NCBI RefSeq assembly: GCF_006345805.1
Contig: NC_043014.1
Span: 52,452,001-52,516,000, forward strand
Length of the DNA stretch: 64,000 bases
From: Octopus sinensis
Lineage: Eukaryota
Direction of reading: 5' to 3'
Part shown: in pieces, positions 27,148 through 38,946 of the stretch
How the letters are laid out: each line of letters starts with the position of its first letter
Numbering within the stretch: the first letter of the stretch is position 1
Translations under genes and position numbers: made by a program
Notes under the pieces: model-generated
The model's database searches: none
What the model was told of the DNA's origin: nothing
The model's input: the letters and a program-made list of their open reading frames with translations, nothing else

Positions 27148-30100
27148 GGGAGAGTTTACAAAAACAAAAAAAAACAAAAGACGAAGACAGGTGGTGTACA
27201 AAACAAACAGATGTATTAGTATAACGCTCAGGAATAGAAAAAGTCTCTTACGTTTCGAGCCTACGCTCTTCTACAGAAAGGGACACAGAAAAAAACAGGA
27301 GAGAAACAAGGAAAGAAAAAGATGTGTGTAGTGGCTAACGATCTATCATGGCGATATGTATGTATATGTGTGCATGTAAGCGCATGCGAGCGTACGTCTG
27401 TGCGTGTATTATTTTAATATTGTTATATTCCAGGTCTGTGTTCCCATTGCATTGTTTATGCTGGATTACGAAGATGAGTTGACACCAATTGCTATACAGC
27501 TACAACAACGGAAAGGACGAAGTAATCCTGTAAGTGTTTCAAAATATAGTCTCTTTCTTTATTAAACAATATTTTTCTGTATATTTTAGTCTGAGACTCT
27601 TTCAGTTTTCTATAATAGCTTCAAATTCAACAACATTAACAAATCCGTAGACTATTTAAATGTCAGAGCAGAGGTTTTCGATATTTATCGCCATTTCGAC
27701 AAATACCTGCTAAAACGCTGTAACCTTTGTTCGATGGATTAAAGGTTAATTACTTTTCAAAAGTAATTTTACTATCTCGATTTCAATCCCCGGTTTCAAC
27801 TTCCAATAAGATACTTGCTGGGAGTCATTTCTAGCGCTAATACACTGCGTCCACTCACTGCATTATACATCACTATATTCAATGTTGTGGAGGCGCAATG
27901 GCCCAGTGGTTAGGGCAGCGGACTCGCGGTCGTAGGATCGCGGTTTCGATTCCCAGACGGGGCGTTGTGTGTATTTATTGAGCGGTGATCCCTGCTGTAC
28001 TCTTTCACCACTCTTTCTTCTGTTGGCCTGCTCGCTTAGCCAGCGGGGTGGTGTCATTCGAAGGCTAAAACAATGCGAACGCATAGTGACCAGCGATGTG
28101 TAGCAACATCTGATGGTCTGGTCGGTCACGTGATCACGTGATATTCAATGTTACTTATAAAACTACAACTCGTTAACAGTTCTTTACTTTATTTAGAGTA
28201 GTCTATCTACAATTAGTGAGTCGTGTGGCTAAGTGCTTAAAGTGTTGCACACAGAATCATATGATTGTGGTTTCGATTCCCGGAACGGGTGACGCGTTGT
28301 TTTAATGAGTAAAAAACTTCATTTCACGTTGCTCCAGTTCACTCAGCTGGCAAAAATGAGTTACCCTGCGAAGGACTGGCGCCCCATCCGGGTGGGGAAT
28401 TTATTAACGCAGTTATCAGAAATAAAAAATCAATTTATAACACTTTTATATAAATATGATATTGTATATATTGTATTCATATATTTTTATGTGTATGTAA
28501 GTCTTTACGAGTGTTGTTTGCATAGAAATAATTATATAGCCTACAATTTACTCTCTAACACCAGTTGCTCTCGCAGAGTATTTAATTGTAGCATACGCCT
28601 CGCGTCCATACATGTAAATACATACATTCTTTTATTTCTTTTTGCTTGTTTCAGTCATTTTGACTGCGGCCATGCTAGAGCACCGCCTTTAGTCGAAGAA
28701 ATATCGCTCCCAGGATTTATTCTTTATAAAGCCTAGTACTTATTCTATATGTCTCTTTTGCCGGATCGCTAAGTTACGGGGGCGTAAACACACCAGCATC
28801 AGTTGCCAAGCATTTTGTCGGGGACAAACAGACACACAAACATAATCACACACACACACACATACACACACATATATGTATATATATATGACAGGCTTCT
28901 TTCAGTTTCCGTCTACCAAGGCTTTGGTCGGCCCGAGGCTATAGTAGAAGACACTTGCCCAAGGTGCCACGCGGTGGGACTGAACTCGGATCCACGTGGC
29001 TGGTAAGCAAGCTACTTATCACACAGCCGCTGCTGCGCCTATTGAAAGAGTACAGCAGGGTTCGCCCTCTCCCGCCCGCCCGCCGGAGACTCGTGGAGCT
29101 TTAAGTGTTTTCGCTCAATAAACTCTCACAACGCCCTGTCTGGGAATCGAAACCGCAATCCAACGACCGCTAGTCCGCTGCCCTAACCACTGGGCCATTG
29201 TGCCTACACATAGATGTATATCTATATCTGTATGTTCCAGTTAATTTCATTTGTCTTTCCATACATCCACCATTAAAATATCGCAATCTGTATTTTCTTG
29301 AAGGTCTTTCTTCCTACGGACGATCATTACGTCTGGACTCTTGCTAAGATGTGGTTCAACATGGCTGACTCCACCTGCCATCAAATTTCCGCTCATCTGG
29401 GTATAGTATTTTCTTAATCTTTTAACTTTTACTTCTTTCAGTCATTAGACTGCGACCATACTGGAGCATCGCCTTGAAGAATTTTTAGTTGAATGGTTCC
29501 AGTGGTTATTCTTCTTCTTTAAGGCCTAGTCTTTATTCCATAGACCCCTTTTGCCGAACCGCTAAGTTATAGGACGTAAACACACCGACAACAGCAATAA
29601 AAAGGTAATGGGGGAAAAGCATGGAGATACACACACACACACACACACACACACATGCGGGTAACTGTAATTTCTGGGTACAGACGCCAAAATGTTCTAG
29701 AAATGGCAGGAAGGGTGCAGGCGATTGGATTCAAACAGACTACTTGTTTGTTTCTTCATTTTATCCGGCCTGGAAAAACGACAGGAAATTCCGAGGATCG
29801 ACTTTGCTTTTTATGCTTTCCAGAATCGTTGAAATAAGTACCAGTTACGGTGATTATAGCAGAATCGTTAGCAGAACAAAACGCTTAACAAGGGTGAGGT
29901 GGGGTGGGGTGGATTATTTCCAGCTCTTTGCGTTCTAAGTTCAAATACCTATTTCTTTACTACCCACAAGGGATTAAACATAGAGGGGACAAACAAAGAC
30001 AGACATAGGTATTAAGTCGATTACATCGACCCCCCAGTGCGTAACTAGTACTTAATTTATCGACCCCGAAAGGATGAAAGGCAAAGTGGACCTCGGCGGA

Positions 30101-31287
30101 ATTTGAACTCAGAACGTAACGACAGACGAAATACGGCTACGCATTTCGCCCGGCATACTAATGTTTCTGCCAGCTCGCCGCCGTTCAAATACCGCTAAGG
30201 TCCTCTTTCCCTTTTTTTTTCTTTCGGGAACGGTAGAATAGGTACCATATGAGCACGGGGACGATGTAGTCGACATTCTCTCCCTTCAAAACTTCTGCCC
30301 TTATTCCCTTTACTCATCTCCACAAAAGTTGGCGAGTTGATAGAATGATTAGAATGCCGGACAAAATGCTTAGCTTACCTTCATCCTTTCATCCTTTCGG
30401 GGTCAATAAATTAAGTACCAGTTGAACACCGGGATAGATGTAATCCCCTTACGCTCTCCCCTGCAATTGCTGGCCTTGTGCCAAAATTTGAAAACATCAT
30501 TATTATTATTACGTGGGCGAGCTGGCAGAATCGTTAGCATGCCGGGCAAAACTCTTAGCGACATTTCGTCTGTCTTTACATTCCGCGTTCAAATTCCACC
30601 GAAGTTGACTTAAATACATGACTGACATACCCACCACCATGTCCAATGTATAAAAATTCACAAAAACTTTAAACGTATACATTTTTGCAGGTTTAACTCA
30701 TTTATTGATGCAAGTGGTTGTCCTTGCCCTACACAGAAACATATCTGTGTCGCATCCAGTCTACAAGATTTTGGCACCTCACACACTTTTCCTTTTGGCC
30801 ATCAATTTGTGAGTTTTTTTTTTTTATTTTGCTGTTGTAATAACAAGAGATAAATCCGCTGTTATTTCTTTGTCGCTTTCTTGAAATTTTACCAGTAACA
30901 ACACATGTATAAATCTTCTTTTTCTAAAATAGAAACAAATGTTTAATACGTTTAATTGCCATGAGAAGTGAATAAAATAACATTTTAAAGTTCCCTTTAT
31001 CTTTCGTCTAATGTTGCTGCCGTTGACTTCTCGACAGCATTTAATTTACTCTTTTTTTTTTTTTTTACTTGTTTCAGTCATTTGACTGCGGCCATGCTGG
31101 AGCACCGCCTTTTAGTCGAGCAAATCGACCCCGCCAGGACTTATTCTTTGTAAGCCCAGTACTTATTCTATCGGTCTCTTTTAGCCGAACCGCTAAGTGA
31201 CGGGCACGAAAACACACCAGCATCGGTTGTCAAGCAATGCTAGGGGGACAAACACAGACACACAAACACACACACACATACACACAT

Positions 31288-31339
<52 letters not shown>

Positions 31340-34300
31340 GATGGGCTTCTTTCAGTTTCCGTCTACCAAATCCACTCACAAGGCTTTTGGCCAACCCGAG
31401 GCTATAGTAGAAGACATTTGCCCAAGGTGCCACACAATGGAACTGAACCCGGAACCATGTGGTTGGTTAGCAAGCTACTTACCACACAGCCACTCCTGTG
31501 CCTATTTGGTCCCTTTAAATGGAGAACGCGTTCATGTGACATCAAAACATGTCCACACAATGGCGATCTTGTGACATAATCTGCCTACATATAACATACA
31601 TACATATATACACACAGGGCGCTGAGCGAAAATCTTCGCTAGCGCAGGCAAAGTTTTGAACAAGACCCAGGTACCTGTTTTTAAGTATATGTATACGTTT
31701 GTATATTTGTTCTTTTGGTTTGCTTTGGAACTTTCCTCAGTGAATTTACATCATTTTTGATCTGCTTCATATTTTCTTTGTAGTAATGCATTTAAAAGCC
31801 TTGTAAACCCTGGAAGTTTAACCGAAAAGATAATGCCAATTCGAACCGAACATATGTTTCAACTTATAGACAAAAGGTAAGTCATTTTCTGAACAAACAC
31901 AACAAACACAGACATATACGTGAGCAGGTGTATATACATGCATACATATTTTTTTCATCTAGTTTCAGCTCACGAGCCGTGGCCATGCTGGGGCACCGTC
32001 ATTCGGTGTTGCTACATGATTTTACTTGATATTTGGTGCATGAGAGAGTTTGATGCACCTGCCCTCATCTGCACCTCCTGCCGTGAAGTTGGTTCATCTG
32101 GGACACCTGACGGGAAGAGGTCCAGCTTTATTTTGAAGACACCTACATCCACCCCATGCAGGTCTCTCAGGTCCTTCGGGAGGATATTGAAGAGCTGTGG
32201 ACCTCTTAAGCCCAGGCTATAGCAGTATCTTGTCCCACATCTTGATGGCAAATTTGGAGTCTTTGGCACTATGGAGTGGCGCCCAGTTCAATGCACATAT
32301 TATGCACATATGTGCATAATACATACATACATTCATATATATATATATATTGATGTGGACCACACATTCAGTATCTGACGGCACTAGTCAAATGACTGCC
32401 AGCAACTCCATTAAAACGGCACAATCCCATGTAAAACAACGCTGGCACTGAATAATTCTACATAAATCATACCATTCTCAATATCTTGTTCCAGTCAAGG
32501 CGGCAAGCTGGTAGAAACGTTAGCACACTGGGGGGATGCTTAGTGGTATTTCGTCTGTCTTTATGTTCTGAGTTCAAATCCGCCGAAGTCGACCTTGCCT
32601 TTCATCCTTTCAGGGACAATAAATCTAATCGACTGGCCCCTCCCCCAAAATTTTGGGCCTTGCACCTAGAGTAGAAAGGAATATCTTGCTCCTTTCTTTC
32701 CCTCTTCGTAGAAATCTCCCACCGCACAGCTAGAAGCTTGCTTTATACTGAGGCGTGTTAGAGCTGATCAAAGAAACTTGGTTTCTATTGTGACTTATTC
32801 CAGAAGCTTCTAAGTTCTCCCATTCATCTCGTCATCAGAAGGATCGTACATATCGACAAAGTTCGAAAGATGATTGAAAATATATTTTGCAGCTAGGAAC
32901 TTTGAATAGTCTATTGATAATTAGAAGCACCAGAAATTATCTGCGTATTAAAATTCAAGCTATTCACCAAGCTCTCCACCCTCCAAAAAAAATCTGCGGT
33001 CTAGATATAAATTGCCTCGTCAGTAACATAATCTGTAGCGCAACAATTACTGCCAATGCCATTACACCAGCTGCAGTCTCTTACGGTATATTATAGATTT
33101 AACTGCCAGTCTGCTTAAAACGTCGTTACCCTCAACATACGCACACGTTTTGAAACCGAAACAAGATTAAAGATACCTCACTTACAAAATGTATAAGTTC
33201 ATTGAAGTTTTAAAGCATCTCATGTTTTATTGATTCGAAAATCTCCTCAACAATTCAAACAAAGTAAAAAACAAACCTTGCTAAATTTGTATGGCTTCAT
33301 ACTCTCTCTTCGTATCACGGAATAGTTTCATATTCACTTCTCTTTGACTAACCTACTGAAATAACTGTAAATATAATATCGTTAATACTTCAAGCCTTTT
33401 AATTTATTCAGCATCTACTTATGTGAACTAGCTTCTTCGCTCTAAAAAATACACTCATTTACAAATAGGGATATAACTTAGAATAACTTAGAAAGGTTTT
33501 GGCCAGTATTGGCCCAGGCCATGTCTAACTTAATAGCACCACCTGGCGAAGTCTTTCAATTCAGGATTTGGGCACCAAGGCCCATTCGAGCAGAGAGTTA
33601 TGGTTTGCGGAGACATATCTGGGTGTGGGTGGTTTGTCCGGGACTGTTTGAAGGAATTTGTCCAAAGACTTCTTGAATATTTGGTTTGAAGGAATTTGTT
33701 CAAAGACTTCTTGAATTTTGGTTTAAAGGAATTTGTCCAAAGACTTCTTGAATTTTGATATGTAACAAGACGTGGAAAACAAAGAGAAGTTACTAACTGA
33801 TGAAAGCGAAATAGTCAAAATTTCGAAGTGAATTTGAAACTTTTCCCTTGTAAAAATAAAATATGGTATTTAACAGAGGGATATCGAAAAAAGTAGAGCC
33901 ATAGATACACTCACACACACATAGAAAAAATCCAGTCTCATACATATATATATATTTCTTTACTACCCACAAGGGGCTAAACACAGAGAGGACAAACAAG
34001 GACAGACAAACGGATTAAGTCGATTACATCGACCCCAGTGCGTAACTGGTACTTAATTTATCGACCCCGAAGGATGAAAGGCAAAGTCGACCTCGGCGGA
34101 ATTTGAACTCAGAACGTAACGGCAGACGAAATACGGATACGCATTTCGCCCGGCATGCTAACGGTTCTGCCAGCTCGCCGCCTTTTCATACATATATATA
34201 TGTGTGTGTGTATGGTATGTGTCTGTGTGTGTGCATGTTGTGTGTGTATGTATGTTGTGTGTATGCATGTATGCAGACATACAAACATACAAACAAATAC

Positions 34301-37300
34301 ACACAGAACGTACAATTTGTTGCAGAACTTTTCAAAATAATCACCAATATCTTCACATAGATTCGCAGAAATAATTTCTGTGTGATAAACCATTCCATTC
34401 ATGTTTTTATGTTTGTATTTCTTTATAGTTTAAAGCGATGGGACTTTCTTGGTGATGGAATTCCAATGAAAGAGTTCCAAAGCAGGAAAGTAAGTGTTTA
34501 TTGTATTCTTGTTTTCGCAGTGTCTTGCTTTCAAATCCAGCAGATCCAACCTTTTATAGTTTCGATACCAGCAAAAGATTACTAGTCTAGAATGGATTGG
34601 TGGAACTACTACAACGCTGGACAGAATCTGGCTTTTAATAGTCCTTCTGTATGTTGGTAGCAATGCCTGAGATGACTCTGGCATCAATATCTCTCGGCCA
34701 TTGTCTCGCTTTTGGACAACATCGATGGCGATGAGATGAGAGACTTGCATATGCAGACAACTGCGTGGTCTTCTGTTTAAAAAGCTGTTTTCCAGGTTTG
34801 TGATTTGAAGAGAAGACTTCCGGCCTCAGAACCATAATATCACATGACATTGGGTGGCAACCATTATAATATATTTTTAGATTGAACAAGAAATTACTGT
34901 AAGGAAGTTATGTTAATTATGCTTCTTGCAATTTAAGTACACTGGGAAGAAACACTTCTATTCGAACATATTACGAATAGAAGTATGTTTCTCGTACCTA
35001 ACCTTCAAAATGTTATCTGAACTCATAAATATAGGAAATCTTTCTGCAACGCACAGTTTTTTTTCTTGCTTTCGTAATGGCGTTCATCCATTGAAGATCT
35101 TTTTCTCAGAGGCTTGCCGATTTCATCAGCAAAGGTATTGAAACATAACGCACACGTTTCTCTGACACTGCTCTGTTTAGCTCGGCACATAGCTCTGTTC
35201 TCTAATTTCAGGTTGATGACCCGAAAGTCTTACCCAAATACTACTACAGAGATGATTCGCTTGCATTGTACAACTGTGTGTATAAGTACGTCTCCAACTA
35301 TATAGACATCTACTATGGTAATTACATCTATTTATTTATCTATCCTTTTGTATTACATGACAATAAATAGGGTGGGCGACAGGAAAAAACAAATAAAAAT
35401 TGGACAAAACAAAATACTCTGTGACCTCATTATCGTTCGAATATTTGCTACTACCTCCGAGATCTGCACCCGCGGTCGGCTTCAGCCGGGCTCGTGCCCG
35501 CGGCTTCCATGCACGCCGCGGTGCCCTCCTACCCGACCGGGCATCGGAAAGTCGCCTCGCCGGAACAGAGGAGAAATTACGCAGGTAAGAGACTTGCATA
35601 TGCAGAAAACTGCAAGAATATACCATGTTTAGTGCACAGACACATCTGGTTATCATATAATTGGATAGAATCAGAGACTGAAGGGCCCTGTTTCTAAAGA
35701 TTTCGATAGAAACTGAACATTCAGAACTTTAGGTTTCTGTAAGGAGAGAAACTTTTTTTTTTTTTTACATATTACTTTATTTCATTTTCAATCTTTTAAT
35801 TTAAAATTTGAAGTTTTTGTCGGTAGCCTTTTGATTTTCATATTTCATATTTGGAAATTTTATTTCGAGAAAATGTTTGAAATAATTCAACGGAGAAGGG
35901 CCCACAGTGTTGAACTAAATTTTACAACAACTAGTTAGCTATGACTTCTACAGTAAAAGGGGACGTAATTCTAAATTTCTTTTCTTTTCTTTCCTTTCCT
36001 GTTTTTATCTACCCTTCTTTATCTTCTCGCTCCAATTCCACTTTTTGCATCAACTTCCCTCTCCATTTTTTCTTCTCGTCGTTTCTCATGTAGCAGCATC
36101 CTCATTTTCAAATACAACAAACCATGCTCTGTGGTTGTCAGAGACTGAAGGGCCCTGACCGAAGGAATTAATTTCTTTCTATTGTTTTAGAAACTGAACC
36201 TTGAGTTGCGACGACATTCAGTTTTTGTTGTTGACATTTATATTAATCTTTTTTCTATAATTCTTACAAACTCTGAAGCCAGAAAAGTTTTATTAATTTT
36301 ATCCAATTAATCTTTCTTAATTTTCCCAATTACATTTCTGTTTTAATTACAAATTCAGCTGATGAAAACGATGTAGATAATGACTGGGAGATACAAAACT
36401 GGATCGAAAGTATGGCCGTAGGACACGAGAATGGAGGCGTACAGGTAAATGATGTTTATAATTATTGGAGACTGGTTGTTGTTTTTGTTGTTGTTATTGT
36501 TGCTGTTGTTGTCCGTGAACTTGTATAGAATTAGGGTTCCTTATTTTTCTCAACATCCCTACGCCGGACCGTTCAACCTGTTAGTTCTATAAGTCAACAC
36601 ACCTTTATTATTAGAACCACCTGTTTTATAAAGTGGAAGACTTTCTTTTTATAAATTTAGTCCTAGATACATTGTGCCTGAAAAAAAGCATGCAGAAAGG
36701 TTTGTCCTGGGGTTAAAAATATTCTATTTTTGTTTTTTCCTTCTATTGATCTATACGAGATATACTTCGTCTAATCCAACCATCCCTTCAAATTATATTG
36801 GTTGAAATTTTGGTAGAAGCCAAGAAATATTGGAAGAAGGGGCAAATCAATTACATCAACCTCAGTGTCCAACTGGTCTCTATTTTATTGACCCCGAAAA
36901 GATGAAAGGTGAAGTCGACCTCAGTAGAATTTGGACTCAGAGCGTAAAGACGGATGAAATGTCGCTAAGCATTTTGTCCGTCGTGCTGACTATTCTGTCG
37001 GCTCGCCACCTTAACTCTTTTATGTTACAACCTTCGGTCTTACCACGTGACGCTTGGTCTAGAAATTGAACCCACGAACTCTAATCTGTAGCGCATCAAT
37101 TACTACCAATGCCATTACACCAGCTGCAGTCTCTTACGGTATATAATAGATTTAACTGCCAGTCTGCTTAAAACATCGTTACCCTCAACATAAGCACACG
37201 TTTTGAAACCGAAACAAGATTAACAATACCTCACTTACAAAATATATAAACCCTTAATCTCTAAGCAAAAATATTTCACACTTAAATACGGTCGAATATG

Positions 37301-37634
37301 AAATAGCTTCTATTATTTTCTGTTACAGGGTTTACCAATGAAAGATGGTAAAGGTCACGTGTCTTCAAAGGAAGAATTAAAAGATATTCTAGCCGTAATA
37401 ATTTTTACCTGTAGCGTGACACATGCCGCTGTCAATTTCCTGCAGTATGAAGAATATGGTTTCCCTGCAAACTATCCATCGATGCTCAGGTCACCGCTGT
37501 TAAAAGACAAAGTAAGTTTGTCATTTTGTTGTTTATGGCTTCGTCTCAGGAAGAAATGATGCTGAGCTTGAAAGGAATTGGTGTGACGAATGAATATGTG
37601 TTTGTGTATCTAAGGATACTTAGATGCATACATA

Positions 37635-37691
<57 letters not shown>

Positions 37692-38687
37692 GCCACACAC
37701 AAACAACACTCATATGTAAGTATATCTCTTTTCTCTTTTACTTGTTTCAGTCATTTGACTGTGGCCATGCTGGAGCACCGCCTTTAGTCGAGCAAATCGA
37801 CCCCAGGACTTATTCTTTGTAAGCCTAGTACTTATTCTATCGGTCGTAACTTTGCCGAACCGCTAAGTTACGGGGACGTAAACACACCAGCATCGGTTGT
37901 CAAGCGATGCTGGGGGGACAAACACAGACACACAAATATATACACACACATACATATATACATATATACATATATACGACGGGCTTCTTTCAGTTTCCGT
38001 CTACCAAATCCACTCACAAGGCATTGGTCGGCCGGAGGCTATAGTAGAAGACACTTGCCCAAGATGCCACACAGTGGGACTGAACCCGGAACCATGTGGT
38101 TCGTGAGCAAGCTACTTACCACACAGCCACTCCTACGTCTATATATGTACACATACGAAATTTTGTCTTAGCATCATGCCGTGTCTCCTTGCAGTGAATA
38201 TACATTGCAATGATTTTAATTTCCCAGTTTCATTTTTACGTCTACCGAGCTTTTCTGCAACCCAGCAAGCTCCCGCAATACCAGTAATTGTATCATTCAT
38301 TGCTTCCTATATGTTCGTTATTATTGTTAGAACAACTATTTATTGTCGTTTCTATCTTGTTCGTCATTTTCCATCTCTAGAGACCTAAAACGGAGAAGGA
38401 CATCATTGCTGCCCTACCTAACAAAGCGACAACTTTTGACGTTTTAACGTTGACCCACGTATTCAGTCAAAAGGGGACCAATTCCTTGGGTGATTTTGAA
38501 ACACAATATATCTACGATCCGAAGGCTGTTGGTTGTGTCAAAGTGTAAGTATGAATATTTAATTATGCGAGAATATATACGACATGTGATATTGGTAGGA
38601 TATCAAATAATACATCATAATGTGACAATGTGACGTGATAACATGATATAATACTATAATGATAAAGTGTGGAGACATGAAAATGTT

Positions 38688-38724
<37 letters not shown>

Positions 38725-38869
38725 CATACTTATATATATATAACTGATATCATGTTGTACGATATATGATAATAACTGAGGTATATAATAATAAAATGAC
38801 ATCAAAAGAATGAGGCCTCACTATTAGGTAGAGGATTTATATATATGTATATATATATATATATATATA

Positions 38870-38904
<35 letters not shown>

Positions 38905-38912
38905 TATATATG

Positions 38913-38946
<34 letters not shown>

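Noticed and set aside
27887-27960. tRNA gene
   Set aside because: The tRNA-like head continues into a SINE body and recurs with variation; it is a SINE.
33646-33757. CRISPR-like 37-bp repeats
   Set aside because: Contiguous tandem copies with no spacers, in an animal intron.
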